Part shown: in pieces, positions 7,181 to 17,519 of the stretch
How the letters are laid out: every line of letters begins with the position of its first letter
How positions within the stretch are numbered: position 1 is the stretch's first letter
Assembly: GCA_947456505.1 (NCBI GenBank)
Contig: CANGTC010000005.1
Location: 3,577 to 67,576, forward strand
From: Beijerinckiaceae bacterium
GTDB lineage: Bacteria > Pseudomonadota > Alphaproteobacteria > Rhizobiales > Beijerinckiaceae
Reading direction: 5' to 3'
Length of the DNA: 64,000 nt
Notes under the pieces: model-generated
The model's input: the letters and a program-made list of their open reading frames with translations, nothing else
Database searches by the model: none
What the model was told of the DNA's origin: nothing
Position numbers and translations under genes: made by a program

Positions 7181-9513
7181 TGGGCATGAGATTTTTCGGC
7201 GCCAGCGTTCTGCGCAAGGAAGACCCGGCCCTGCTCACCGGCAAGGGCCGCTATGTGGATGACGTGAAACTGCCGGGCATGCTGCACGCCGCCTTCGTGC
7301 GAAGCCCCTACGCCCATGCGCTCATCAAGAGCATCGACAAGAGCGCCGCGCTGGCCCTGCCCGGCGTCGTCGCCGTGCTGACCCATGCGGATCTGCCCGA
7401 GCCCATGCGCTCGCGCCGCCTGCCGCTCTATGTGCCCCATCCCGCCATCAAGCAGACCTTCATGCCCTGGCCCCTCGCCAAGGACGAGGTCTGTTTCGCA
7501 GGCGAGGCCATCGCCATTATCGTGGCCGAAAGCCGCTATATCGCGGAAGACGCGGCGGCGCTGGTGGAGATCGATTACGAGGTGCTGCCCGCCTCCATCG
7601 ACCCGCGCGAGGCGATCATCGCAGGCGCGCCGCTGGCCCAAAATGGCGCCACAAGCAACATCGTCACCCAGGTGCCCGTGAAAATCGGCGACACCGACAA
7701 GGCCTTCGCCAACGCGCCGCATGTGTTTCGCGAACAATTCGCCCTGCATCGCGGCGGGCCCTTCTTTCTGGAATGTCGCGGCGTGGTGGCCGATTGGGAT
7801 TCGGGGACGGAAATCCTCAGCGTTCACGCCTCCTCGCAGGGCTCCCATCGCTTCAAGCGCACCTTCATCGATCTGCTGGATCTCGCCGACAATCAGGTGC
7901 GGGTCATCACCAATGATGTGGGCGGCGGCTTTGGGCCGAAGGGCTCCTTCTATGTCGAATATGCCGCGCTGGCGGCGGCGACCATGGCGGTCGGCAAGCC
8001 CGTCAAGTGGATCGAGGATCGTCGCGAGAATTTCGTCGCGACCCAGCAGGAGCGCGACCAATATTGGGACATGGAAGTCGCAGTCGACGAGCAAGGCAAA
8101 TTGCTGGGCCTGCGCGGGCGTCTCGTCCACGACGGCGGCGCCTATGTGACCTGGGGGCTTGTGCTGCCATGGATCGCCGCGACCTCGGTCATCGGCCCCT
8201 ATGTGCTGCCGAACTACCAGATCGAACTCATCGTCGCCATGACCAACAAGATCACCTGCAGCCCGGTGCGCGGCGCCGGGCGCCCGCAGGGCTGTTTCGT
8301 CATGGAACGCATGATGGACCGCATCGCGCAGGAACTGGGGCTCGACCGGGGCGAGGTGCGCCGTCGCAACTTCATCCAGCCCGACCAATTTCCCTACAAG
8401 GTCGGCCTCATTTTCAGGGATGGGCGCCCCGTCACCTATGACAGCGGTGATTATCCCAAGAGCCAGCAGATGGCGCTGGAGCATATGGATTGGGACAACT
8501 TCCGCGCCCGACAGGAAGCGGCGCTGAAGCAGGGGCGATATATCGGCATCGGCCTCAGCAATGCGGTGGAGGGAACCGGGCTTGGGCCTTATGAGGGTGC
8601 GACGATCCGCATCTCCACCAGCGGCAAGATTGTCGTCTTCACCGGCGCCACGCCCCAAGGCCAATCCCACAAGACCACGCTGGCGCAGATCGCCGCAGAT
8701 CATCTGGGCGTCGATTACAGCGATGTGAGCGTGGTGACGGCGGACACCGCCACCATTCCCTTCGGCATGGGCACCTTCGCCTCGCGCACCGCCGTGAATG
8801 CGGGCTCCTCGGTTCATCTCGCCGCCATCGAGGTGCGCGAGAAGATCAAGAAGATAGCTTCCGAACTGCTGGAGGTCTCGCCAGACGATCTCGAGCTGAA
8901 GGATGGCGCGGTGGGAGTGCGCGGCGTGCCGGGCCTGCGCAAGACCTTCCGCGAACTCGCCTATAACGCGGTCGGTCTCTATGGCTTCTCCATGAAGGCG
9001 GATCGCGATCCCGGTCTTGAAGCCACGAGCTATTTCAAGCCGGAGCAATCGACCTACGCCAACAGCTGCCATGTGGCGGAGGTGGAAGTCGATATCGAGA
9101 CTGGCCATGTGAAGGTGACGCGCGTGCTGGTCAATCACGACTGCGGCAATGTCATCAATCCCATGATTGTGGAAGGCCAGATCGTGGGCGGCGTGGCCCA
9201 TGGCATCGGCAATGCGCTGTTCGAGCGGCTACTGTTCGATGAGACAGGCCAGCCGCTCACCACCAGCTTCGCAGACTATCTCCTGCCCATGGCCACCGAT
9301 GTGCCGAATGTGGAGACGCTCCATACAGAGACGCCCTCCCCACTCAATCCCATCGGTGTGAAGGGCGCTGGCGAGGGCGGCACCATCGCGGTCATCGCCG
9401 CCATCATCAGCGCGGTGGAGGACGCCCTGCGCCCCTTCAACGTGCGCCTGACGGAGATGCCCATCTCGCCGGAACGCATTGTCGAACTGGTGCTGGACGC
9501 GAAAAATCAATAA
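7177..9513 (+). CDS. Mo-hydroxylase molybdopterin subunit (CoxL-like), module 1
   Basis: VGGGFGPK, active-site loop PVRGAGRP, QGQ, ASR, GQIVGG, KGAGEGG catalytic Glu. Confidence 0.95.
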   Translation: MMGMRFFGASVLRKEDPALLTGKGRYVDDVKLPGMLHAAFVRSPYAHALIKSIDKSAALALPGVVAVLTHADLPEPMRSRRLPLYVPHPAIKQTFMPWPLAKDEVCFAGEAIAIIVAESRYIAEDAAALVEIDYEVLPASIDPREAIIAGAPLAQNGATSNIVTQVPVKIGDTDKAFANAPHVFREQFALHRGGPFFLECRGVVADWDSGTEILSVHASSQGSHRFKRTFIDLLDLADNQVRVITNDVGGGFGPKGSFYVEYAALAAATMAVGKPVKWIEDRRENFVATQQERDQYWDMEVAVDEQGKLLGLRGRLVHDGGAYVTWGLVLPWIAATSVIGPYVLPNYQIELIVAMTNKITCSPVRGAGRPQGCFVMERMMDRIAQELGLDRGEVRRRNFIQPDQFPYKVGLIFRDGRPVTYDSGDYPKSQQMALEHMDWDNFRARQEAALKQGRYIGIGLSNAVEGTGLGPYEGATIRISTSGKIVVFTGATPQGQSHKTTLAQIAADHLGVDYSDVSVVTADTATIPFGMGTFASRTAVNAGSSVHLAAIEVREKIKKIASELLEVSPDDLELKDGAVGVRGVPGLRKTFRELAYNAVGLYGFSMKADRDPGLEATSYFKPEQSTYANSCHVAEVEVDIETGHVKVTRVLVNHDCGNVINPMIVEGQIVGGVAHGIGNALFERLLFDETGQPLTTSFADYLLPMATDVPNVETLHTETPSPLNPIGVKGAGEGGTIAVIAAIISAVEDALRPFNVRLTEMPISPERIVELVLDAKNQ

Positions 9514-9527
9514 ACGACGCCAGAGGG

Positions 9528-10325
9528 ATGAAACAGATGAACTTCAGAACCCAATCCGGTCTGGGCATCGCCTATCGTTCACGCGGTCAGGGCCGCAGCA
9601 TGGTGCTGCTGCATCCCGTCGGCTTATGCGGGGCTTTCTGGGATCCGGTGGTGGCGGAGCTGGAGAAAGAGTTCCGCCTCATCACCCCGGACGCCCGCGG
9701 CCATGGGCGAAGCGATGTCCCAGCCCAGGCCTTCGGGCTCGATGAACTCGCCGATGACGTTGCTGAACTCATCCGCGCTGTGGGCCAGGCGCCGACGATT
9801 GTGGTCGGCTGCTCCATGGGCGGTATGACGGCGCAGGCGATCAGCGTGCGCGCGCCGGACTTGCTGGCGGGCGTGGTCATCGCCAACACCGCCCATCGAC
9901 GCAATGATGACGGCCGCGCCGTGATGGAGCAACGCGCCCAAGCCGCCCTCAAGGGTATGCCGACGGTACTGAAGACAACCCTCTCGCGCTGGTTTGACGC
10001 TGACTTGCAACTGCTGCGGCCTGAGCTTGTGATGCAGGCGCGCGACTGGCTGCTGGAGGCGGATCCGGTCGTGCACTGCTGGTCCTGGCGCGCTATTCGC
10101 GATCTCAATTACGCCACGCAGCTGGAGGTCATGCGTCGCCCCGCCATGGCCATTGCGGGCCTGCGGGATCAATCGACGCCTGTCAGCGCCATGAAGGATC
10201 TGGCGGCGACAATCCCCGGTTGCGACTACCGCGAAATGGACACGGGCCATCTCGCCCCACTCGAACAACCCGCACAATTCGCGGCGCTTCTGCGCAGCTT
10301 CGCGAACCGCGTCTACGCCGCCTGA
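9528..10325 (+). CDS. Alpha/beta hydrolase, PcaD (enol-lactonase)-like
   Basis: DARGHGRS, GCSMGG nucleophile elbow, DQSTP acid, GHLAPLEQP His. Confidence 0.85.
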   Translation: MKQMNFRTQSGLGIAYRSRGQGRSMVLLHPVGLCGAFWDPVVAELEKEFRLITPDARGHGRSDVPAQAFGLDELADDVAELIRAVGQAPTIVVGCSMGGMTAQAISVRAPDLLAGVVIANTAHRRNDDGRAVMEQRAQAALKGMPTVLKTTLSRWFDADLQLLRPELVMQARDWLLEADPVVHCWSWRAIRDLNYATQLEVMRRPAMAIAGLRDQSTPVSAMKDLAATIPGCDYREMDTGHLAPLEQPAQFAALLRSFANRVYAA

Positions 10326-10348
10326 GCGGCGCCAAAGGGAAACCGGAC

Positions 10349-11992
10349 ATGAGCGACAACACAGGCGCAGCCCCCAATCCCCCGCGCGATCTGCACGAAC
10401 ATCTGGCCGCGCTGGACGCCGCAGGGCTACTGGTGCGCATCGACCGTCCCATCAACAAGGACACGCAGTTGCAGCCGCTGGTGCGCTGGCAGTTCATCGG
10501 CGGCCTGCCGGAGGATGAGCGCAAGGCCTTCCTCTTCACCAACGTGGTGGACTCCAAGGGTAAGCGCTACGACATGCCGGTGTTGCTGGGCGCGCTGGCG
10601 GGCTCGCCGCGCATCTACGCCATGGGCATGGGCAGGCCCACGAGCGAGATTGGCCCCGCATGGATGGAGGCGGTCGCCAATCCCGTGCCGCCTGTCACGG
10701 GCGCCACGGGCGCCTGTCAGGAGGTCGTGATATCAGGCGAGGCATTGAAGCAACCCGGCGGGGGGCTCGCGATGTTGCCGGTTCCCATTTCAACCCCGGG
10801 CTATGACGCCGCCCCCTATCTCACCGCCACCCTCTGCGTGACGCGTGATCCCGACAGCCTCGTGCAGAACACCGGCATGTATCGCGCGGCGCTGAAGGCG
10901 ACGGATCGGCTTGTGGTGCGCATGGTGGCGCGGCCCGGCGGCGCCGGCGGCTGGGTGCATTGGCAGAAATATCGCGACCGCAAGGAGCGCATGCCCATCT
11001 CCATCGCGCTCGGCGGCGCGCCGGTCGTGGTCTTCACCTCGCCGCAGAAATTCAGCCTTGATCTCGATGAATATGCGGTAGCTGGCGCGGTGGCGGGCGC
11101 GCCGGTGGAGATGGTGAAATGCCTCACCAATGATCTGCTGGTCCCCGCCAATTCAGAGATCGTCATCGAAGGCTACATCGAGCCGGATCTGCTTGAGCCC
11201 GAGGCGCCCTTTGGCGAGAGCAATGGTTATGTGGCGCTGGAAGCCTTCAACATGCCCATGCAGGTGACGGCCATCACCCATCGGCGCAACGCCATCTTCA
11301 GCGCCATCATCAGCCAGGTGACGCCGAGCGAGTCCAGCGTGATCAAGAAAGTGGCCTATGAGCCGCTGTTCCTGCATCACCTGCGAAAGACCCTGAACAT
11401 CAAGGGCCTCAAGCGCGTGGTGCTGCATGAGCCCTTGACCAATCTGCGGCCGGTCATCTTCCTCCAATTCGAATATGGCGCGCCGCAAAGCGAGATCTGG
11501 CGCGCCTTGCAGGCGGCCAGCTCCTATATCACCGCCTTCGGCAAGGTCGTGATCGCGGTCAGCGACGATATCGATCCCTCGTCCGTCGATGCGGTGCTGT
11601 GGTCCATGGCCTATCGCTGCAACCCCAAGGACGACACGCTGGTGCTGCCCTATCGGGGCGGCGGACAGGGCGCGCAATATGGCGACCGCAAGACCGAGTC
11701 CGCGCTGCTGATCGACGCCACGCGCAAGCGCCTGATGCCGCCGCTGGCCCTGCCCAAGAAGGAATTCATGGAGGAGGCGCTGGGCATCTGGAACGAGCTT
11801 GGCCTGCCCGCGCTCAAGGTTCCCTCGCCTTGGCACGGCTATGAACTCGGCAACTGGGGCGACGACTGGACCCAATTCGCCAAGAACGCAGTCGAAGGCA
11901 ATTGGGAGGCGAATGGCCTTCAAACTCTTGCGCGCCAGCGCTCCGGGCTTGGGGCGGAAACCGCTGTCCGCTCCGTCGAAAAGAAATCATGA
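10349..11992 (+). CDS. UbiD-family prFMN-dependent (de)carboxylase 1
   Basis: DLHEHLAAL...GLLVRI, NTGMYR, VPANSEIVIEG, EAPFGESNGY, VSDDID, LIDAT. Confidence 0.93.
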   Translation: MSDNTGAAPNPPRDLHEHLAALDAAGLLVRIDRPINKDTQLQPLVRWQFIGGLPEDERKAFLFTNVVDSKGKRYDMPVLLGALAGSPRIYAMGMGRPTSEIGPAWMEAVANPVPPVTGATGACQEVVISGEALKQPGGGLAMLPVPISTPGYDAAPYLTATLCVTRDPDSLVQNTGMYRAALKATDRLVVRMVARPGGAGGWVHWQKYRDRKERMPISIALGGAPVVVFTSPQKFSLDLDEYAVAGAVAGAPVEMVKCLTNDLLVPANSEIVIEGYIEPDLLEPEAPFGESNGYVALEAFNMPMQVTAITHRRNAIFSAIISQVTPSESSVIKKVAYEPLFLHHLRKTLNIKGLKRVVLHEPLTNLRPVIFLQFEYGAPQSEIWRALQAASSYITAFGKVVIAVSDDIDPSSVDAVLWSMAYRCNPKDDTLVLPYRGGGQGAQYGDRKTESALLIDATRKRLMPPLALPKKEFMEEALGIWNELGLPALKVPSPWHGYELGNWGDDWTQFAKNAVEGNWEANGLQTLARQRSGLGAETAVRSVEKKS

Positions 11993-12005
11993 GGTCGTCG
12001 CCAGC

Positions 12006-12566
12006 ATGAAAATCAGGAATGAAGTGCGGATTCAGATCCCCATCGCGGAGGTCTGGACCGTCCTCAACGATATTCCCCGCGTGGCGCGTTGCGCGCCGGG
12101 CGCCGAATTGCTGGAGTCGCGCCCCGACGACAGTCATGTGGGAACCATCGGCGTCAAGCTCGGGCCCATCGCGCTCAAGTTCAAGGGAACCGTCAGCTTC
12201 ATCGAGCGCGACGCGGCGAACTATCGCGTGCTCGCCAAAGCGCAGGGCAATGAGGAGAAGGCGCGCGGCACGGCGCGGGCCGATGTCGTATTCATGTTGA
12301 ACGAAGATGCGGGCGGCACGAAGATCTCGGTGGAGTCAGATATCACGCTGGCCGGGTCCATCGCCCAATATGCGCGCGGCACGGCGCTGATGCAGTCCAC
12401 CGCGCAGGTGATCATGGATCAATTCGCGAAGAACCTTGAAGCCAATCTCGTCGCTGGCCATGAGGGCGCCGCGGCCGAGCCGGCGAAGGAAATCGGCCTC
12501 GCCTCGGTCATGGCGAAGGGACTTTGGAACGCAGGCGCGGGACTGTTGAAAAAGGGCGACGGCTAA
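12006..12566 (+). CDS. CoxG / SRPBCC family protein
   Basis: VWTVLNDIPRVARCAPGAEL, VKLGPI, LAGSIAQYARG, FAKNL. Confidence 0.9.
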   Translation: MKIRNEVRIQIPIAEVWTVLNDIPRVARCAPGAELLESRPDDSHVGTIGVKLGPIALKFKGTVSFIERDAANYRVLAKAQGNEEKARGTARADVVFMLNEDAGGTKISVESDITLAGSIAQYARGTALMQSTAQVIMDQFAKNLEANLVAGHEGAAAEPAKEIGLASVMAKGLWNAGAGLLKKGDG

Positions 12567-12597
12567 AAGGCTGCGCACCCAGAAAACAAGTGAGGAA

Positions 12598-13626
12598 ATG
12601 ATGGCCGCCAACGGCAAGAGGCTCCTTCTCAGCGCAACGCTGCTCCTGTGCGCAGCGATTCCGGCGATGGCGCAGAGCGTTGAGCAATTCTATGCGGGAA
12701 AGACCATCGAACTGATCGTCGGCTATCCGCCTGGCGGCAGCAACGACGTTTATGGCCGCGCCGTAGCGCGCTTCATCGGACGCCATATTCCAGGCAATCC
12801 GCAGGTCGTGTTCCGCAACATGCCGGGCGCGGGCAGCATTCTGGCGGCCAATCACATCTACAACGTCGCGCCGAAAGACGGGACGGTGCTGGGGCTGCTC
12901 GCCGCCACCAACACGATTGACGAGAAGCTAGGCGCGCCCGGCGTGAAATTCGAGACCGCGAAATTCACCTGGGTCGGGCGCATCTCCTCCGCCGTCAATG
13001 TGACGGCCATGTGGAACACGTCGAAGATCAAGACCATCGACGACGCCTTCAAGATGGAGGCGGCGCTGGGCGCCACTGGCACGGGCTCCACAGTCTATGT
13101 CTATCCCAATGTGCTCAACCGCGTGGTGGGCACGAAGTTCAAGCTGGTGATGGGTTATGGCGGCTCCAACGAGGCCATGCTCGCCATGGAGCGCGGCGAG
13201 ATCGACGGCCATTCGACGAGTTGGGAAGCCTATAAATCTGCCCATCCCGACTGGATCAGGGACAAGAAGATCAACGTGGTCGTGCAATACGGTCTGAGCC
13301 GCCATCCTGACCTGCCGGATGTTCCGACTTGCGTGGAGATCGCGAAGACCGAGGAAGAGCGCCAGATCCTCAAGGCCGTGGTGAACGCCACGGAAATCGG
13401 CAAGGCGATCCTTTCCTCGCCGGGCGTGCCTGCGGACCGCGCGGCAGCCCTGCAAAAAGCCTTCATGGAGATGACGCGGGATGGGGAATTCATAAGCGAG
13501 CTTGAGAAAATGCGGGTCGAACTCACGCCGCTTCCCGGCGCCAGGCTGCAGGAACTCGTGCAAGAAGTCGGCAATCTGACCCCGGACCTCGTCCAGAAGA
13601 TCAAGGCGGTTTACGGCGCCAATTGA
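12598..13626 (+). CDS. Bug/TctC-family (TTT) solute-binding protein 1
   Basis: Signal peptide, FYAGKTIELIVGYPPGGSND, NMPGAG, MERGEIDG. Confidence 0.9.
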   Translation: MMAANGKRLLLSATLLLCAAIPAMAQSVEQFYAGKTIELIVGYPPGGSNDVYGRAVARFIGRHIPGNPQVVFRNMPGAGSILAANHIYNVAPKDGTVLGLLAATNTIDEKLGAPGVKFETAKFTWVGRISSAVNVTAMWNTSKIKTIDDAFKMEAALGATGTGSTVYVYPNVLNRVVGTKFKLVMGYGGSNEAMLAMERGEIDGHSTSWEAYKSAHPDWIRDKKINVVVQYGLSRHPDLPDVPTCVEIAKTEEERQILKAVVNATEIGKAILSSPGVPADRAAALQKAFMEMTRDGEFISELEKMRVELTPLPGARLQELVQEVGNLTPDLVQKIKAVYGAN

Positions 13627-13692
13627 CGAGGCGACGTCCGGGGGCGAAGCTGCCCACCGGCGTCACCTGACCAGACAAAACATGGAGGACTC

Positions 13693-14115
13693 ATGGACGC
13701 GGCCGCATCAGAGCCACAATACGCGCTTCCGGGAACCATCAGCTTCGATGAAAAGAAGGCTCCTCGCCTTATGGGCGGCCTCTGCGCGCAATGCGGCGCC
13801 AAGGTTTTCCCCAAGCCGAAGATCTGTTCCGGCTGCTGGTCCAGCGAGCAGCAGGATCTGGCGCTCGCCACACGCGGAACGCTTTATTCTTTTTCGATTG
13901 TTCATGCAGCCCGCAAAGGTTGGCCCTCGCCCTACGCCATCGCCTATGTGGATCTTGAAGATGGCGTGCGCATCTGCGCTCCGCTTGACGCGGATCTCGC
14001 CAATCCGCCACCGCTCGATGCGCCGGTGGAGCTGATCGTGGGGCCGCTGCGGGCCAATGCAGATGGAACGCAGGTCCTCTCCCACCGCTTCAAACCCATC
14101 AAGGAGGCGCGCTGA
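13693..14115 (+). CDS. DUF35 Zn-ribbon/OB-fold protein
   Basis: CAQC...FP...CSGC, GTLYSFS, PYAIAYVDLEDG; translationally coupled to the thiolase. Confidence 0.9.
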   Translation: MDAAASEPQYALPGTISFDEKKAPRLMGGLCAQCGAKVFPKPKICSGCWSSEQQDLALATRGTLYSFSIVHAARKGWPSPYAIAYVDLEDGVRICAPLDADLANPPPLDAPVELIVGPLRANADGTQVLSHRFKPIKEAR

Positions 14116-15254
14116 TGCGCAAGGTAGCCGTCATCGGCGCCGCCATGGGGCGCATCGGACGTTATCCCGAACTCATGTTTCAGGATCTGGGCTGGCCAGC
14201 GGTCAAGGGCGCCATCGACGATGCGGGCCTTGAGCGCAAACAGATCGAGGCGGTCTATTGCGGCTCGGCCTATGGCGGGCGCCTTGCAGGCCAGCGCGCC
14301 CTGCGCCCGCTGGGCATGACAGGCGTTCCCGTGGTGAATTGCGAGAACGCCTGCTCCAGCGGCGCCACAGCCTTTCGCGAAGCCTATTACGCCATTGCGG
14401 CCGGTCTTTATGACCGTGTGCTCGTGCTGGGCATCGACAAGCTCTCCATGCTCGGCGGCGGCGTTCTGCCAGGCCAGCCGGAGGATTGGGAGGTCGATGT
14501 GGGCCTCACCATGCCCGCGCTCTATTCCATGCGCGCCAAACGCTACATGCATGACTTCGGCCTGACCCGGGAGCAACTGTCCAAAGTCTCGGTCAAGGCG
14601 CGGCGTCATGGCGCGCTGAACCCCTATGCGCAATATCAGAAGCCGGTGACGCTGGAGGAGGTCATGGCGGCGCGCCTTGTGGCAGAGCCCTTTGGCCTCC
14701 TGCACTGCTGCCCCACCGGAGACGGCGCGGCGGCGGTGGTGCTGTGTGCAGGCGAGTTTGTGGCGCAGAGCACCACCAAACCCGTCTGGGTCGCAGGCGC
14801 CGAGCTCACCTCCGGCCGCTTCGTAACGGGTTACCGCGACATCACCACGGCGGAGATCACCGAACGCGGCGCCCACGAGATCTACGAAGAAACCGGGATC
14901 AGCCCGCAGGACGTGGATGTGGCCGAAGTGCATGACGCCTTCGCCATCGCCGAGCTCATGTATTATGAGGCTCTGGGCTTTTGCAAGAAGGGCGAGGCGA
15001 TCGGGCTGCTGGAAAGCGGCGCGACCTCCGTGGGCGGGCGCATTCCCGTCAACATGAGCGGCGGCCTCCTCTCCAAGGGGCATCCGGTCGGCGCGACCGG
15101 GGCTGCGCAGATCGTTGAAGTCATCTGGCACTTGCGCGGCCAGGCGGGCGCGCGGCAGGCGCAAGGAGCGAAGGTCGGCCTCACTCATTGCACGGGCGGC
15201 GGCATCGCGGGCCTCGACCATGGCGCCTGCGCCATCACGATTTTCAAGACCTGA
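14115..15254 (+). CDS. SCP2-type thiolase-family protein
   Basis: ENACSSG (catalytic Cys), DGAAA, EVHDAF, GGLLSKGHPVGATG. Confidence 0.92.
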   Translation: MRKVAVIGAAMGRIGRYPELMFQDLGWPAVKGAIDDAGLERKQIEAVYCGSAYGGRLAGQRALRPLGMTGVPVVNCENACSSGATAFREAYYAIAAGLYDRVLVLGIDKLSMLGGGVLPGQPEDWEVDVGLTMPALYSMRAKRYMHDFGLTREQLSKVSVKARRHGALNPYAQYQKPVTLEEVMAARLVAEPFGLLHCCPTGDGAAAVVLCAGEFVAQSTTKPVWVAGAELTSGRFVTGYRDITTAEITERGAHEIYEETGISPQDVDVAEVHDAFAIAELMYYEALGFCKKGEAIGLLESGATSVGGRIPVNMSGGLLSKGHPVGATGAAQIVEVIWHLRGQAGARQAQGAKVGLTHCTGGGIAGLDHGACAITIFKT

Positions 15255-15261
15255 GGGCGGC

Positions 15262-16491
15262 ATGAGCGGCATGAACCCCAAAATGCTCGGCCATATCCGC
15301 GTGCTGGATCTGTCCCTGTTTCTCTCCGGGCCCTATGGCTCCCAAATCCTGGGCGACATGGGGGCGGAGGTCATCAAGGTGGAGCCCGGCGGCGGCGACA
15401 TGACTCGTCAATTGCCGCCCAATTTCATTGCGGGCGACAGCGCCTATTTTCACAGCGTCAACCGCAACAAGAAAAGCATCGTCATCAATTACAAGACGTC
15501 CGAAGGGCTGGACCTGCTGAAGAAGCTCGCCATGCAATGCGACGTGCTGCTGGAAAACCAGAAGCCGGGCGGGCTTGCGGAACACGGGATCTCCTATGAG
15601 ACCATTTCCGCCGTCAATCCGCGCATCGTCTATTGTTCGATCAGCGGCTTCGGGCAGGACGGGCCCGAACATCAGCGCCCCGCTTACGACATGGTGATAC
15701 AGGCCGTCTCCGGCGGCATGAGCCTTACGGGCGAGCCCGATGGCGCCTCCGTGCGCGCGGGCATTCCCCTCGCCGATCTCTCAGCGGGCATGTATGCGGC
15801 GACCTCCATCTGCGCGGCGCTGGAGTCACGCAATGTCACCGGACATGGCCGCTATATCGACATCTCCATGCTCGATTGCCAGATCGCCATGCTCACCTAT
15901 CAGGCCTCCTATTATCTGGCCTCCGGCACGGTGCCGGGCCGTCAGGGCAAGGGCCATGAGTCGATCCCCAGCTACCGCTCCTTCACCGCGCGCGATGGCC
16001 GCGATGTGGTCGTCTGCGCCAATACGGACCGTATGTGGCAATCGCTGTGCGAGGCCGCAGGACTTCATGATCTCGGCGCGGAGCCGGATCTGGCCACGCG
16101 CAAGGGCCGCTATTATCACCGCGACCGCATCATCGCCGCCTTCGACAAAGCGTTTGCGGAGAAAGACGCCAATGACTGGGTGAGCGCGCTGCTCGCCGCT
16201 GGCGTGCCTGTGGGCACGGTGAACACCGTTGGCGAGGCGCTGGCCAATCCGCAGGTGTCCTGGCGCAACATGATCCTAGAGCTGACCGATGATGAGGGTC
16301 ATCATCTACGTGTCGCGGGCAATCCTATCAAACTGCCCCATGACGGCGAGCAGCATCACACCTTCCCGCCAAAGCTGGCGCAGCACACCCATGAGGTCAT
16401 GCGCGGAGTTCTCGGGCTTTCAGAGGAGGCGATCCAGTCCCTCGAAAGCCGGGGCGTTCTTCGCTCGCAAAGCAAAAAAGAGACGACATGA
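15262..16491 (+). CDS. CaiB/BaiF family III CoA-transferase
   Basis: RVLDLS, GAEVIKVE, NRNKKS, SISGFGQDGP, AYD catalytic Asp. Confidence 0.93.
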   Translation: MSGMNPKMLGHIRVLDLSLFLSGPYGSQILGDMGAEVIKVEPGGGDMTRQLPPNFIAGDSAYFHSVNRNKKSIVINYKTSEGLDLLKKLAMQCDVLLENQKPGGLAEHGISYETISAVNPRIVYCSISGFGQDGPEHQRPAYDMVIQAVSGGMSLTGEPDGASVRAGIPLADLSAGMYAATSICAALESRNVTGHGRYIDISMLDCQIAMLTYQASYYLASGTVPGRQGKGHESIPSYRSFTARDGRDVVVCANTDRMWQSLCEAAGLHDLGAEPDLATRKGRYYHRDRIIAAFDKAFAEKDANDWVSALLAAGVPVGTVNTVGEALANPQVSWRNMILELTDDEGHHLRVAGNPIKLPHDGEQHHTFPPKLAQHTHEVMRGVLGLSEEAIQSLESRGVLRSQSKKETT

Positions 16492-17495
16492 CGAAGCCGG
16501 AAGTCCTTCAGTCGATGATAGCGGGCTGGCCCACCAAGGGAGGCGGGCCGGAGGTCATCGCCATTGGATCGCGCCCGCAACCAGCGCCCGGCCCTGGGCA
16601 GGTGCTCATCAAAACGCAGTACGCCGGCGTCAATCGCCACGATGTCAATCAGCGCGCGCGCGGCTCAGGCCCGGCGGGGTCTACGGATATTCTCGGCCTT
16701 GAGGTTTCAGGCGTCATCGCGACCGTTGGCGAGGGCGTCTCGGCGGCGCGCATCGGCGAAGAGGTTTGCGCGCTGATTGACGGGGGCGGCTATGCGCAGG
16801 CCTGCATCGCGGAGGAAAGCCTTGTGCTGCCGCGCCCACCCCTGCTCAGCATGCAGGAGGCGGCGGCGCTGCCCGAGGCGCTCTTCACCTGTTGGTTCAA
16901 TGTGGTGGATCTGGGCCGTCTGAAAACGGGCGACTGGCTAATGGTGCACGGGGGGACAAGCGGCGTCGGCTCCCTTACGATCCAACTGGCGAAACATCTG
17001 GGCGCGCATGTCGTCGCCACTGCGGGTTCTGCGGAAAAATGCCAAGCCTGCCTCGCTTTCGGCGCTGATGCAGCGGTGAATTATCGTGAAGAGGACTTTG
17101 TCGCCATCGTCCGCAAGGCGAGCGGTGGCCATGGCGCAGACGTCATTCTCGACATGGTCGGCGGCGACTATGCGGAGCGCAACCTTGCCGCGCTCGCCAT
17201 GGATGGACGCATCCTGCATCTGGCCTCCGGGCAGACGCCGGTCTGGTCGGCGCCCCTGCGGCTGATCATGGAAAAGCGCGCCATTGTCAGCGGATCCCTG
17301 CTGCGACCATTGCCGCTTGCGCGCAAAGCCGCCATCGCGAGACAATTGGCGGAGCAGGTCTGGCCCAACTTGGGGAAGACCATTCGCCCGCGCATCGATT
17401 CCCTCTTCCCCCTGCGCGAAACGCAGGAGGCCCACAGGCGGATGGAGACGGGCGCGCATATGGGGAAAATTTTGATCGACTGCACCGCTGAATAG
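16488..17495 (+). CDS. NADPH:quinone oxidoreductase (zeta-crystallin/PIG3-like MDR)
   Basis: GVNRHD, LGLEVSG, HGGTSGVG, DVILDMVGG, HMGKIL. Confidence 0.92.
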   Translation: MTKPEVLQSMIAGWPTKGGGPEVIAIGSRPQPAPGPGQVLIKTQYAGVNRHDVNQRARGSGPAGSTDILGLEVSGVIATVGEGVSAARIGEEVCALIDGGGYAQACIAEESLVLPRPPLLSMQEAAALPEALFTCWFNVVDLGRLKTGDWLMVHGGTSGVGSLTIQLAKHLGAHVVATAGSAEKCQACLAFGADAAVNYREEDFVAIVRKASGGHGADVILDMVGGDYAERNLAALAMDGRILHLASGQTPVWSAPLRLIMEKRAIVSGSLLRPLPLARKAAIARQLAEQVWPNLGKTIRPRIDSLFPLRETQEAHRRMETGAHMGKILIDCTAE

Positions 17496-17519
17496 AAAAC
17501 AAACAAAGGGAGGGATGGA

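Noticed and set aside
7111-9201. Long antisense ORFs (for example 696 aa here, 500 aa at 4313, 495 aa at 18630, 342 aa at 2)
   Set aside because: Shadow frames of GC-rich genes with no recognisable motifs
5812-12566. Aerobic CO dehydrogenase (coxMSL plus coxG)
   Set aside because: The L subunit lacks AYxCSFR and there are no coxDEF genes; it is a CoxL-like hydroxylase
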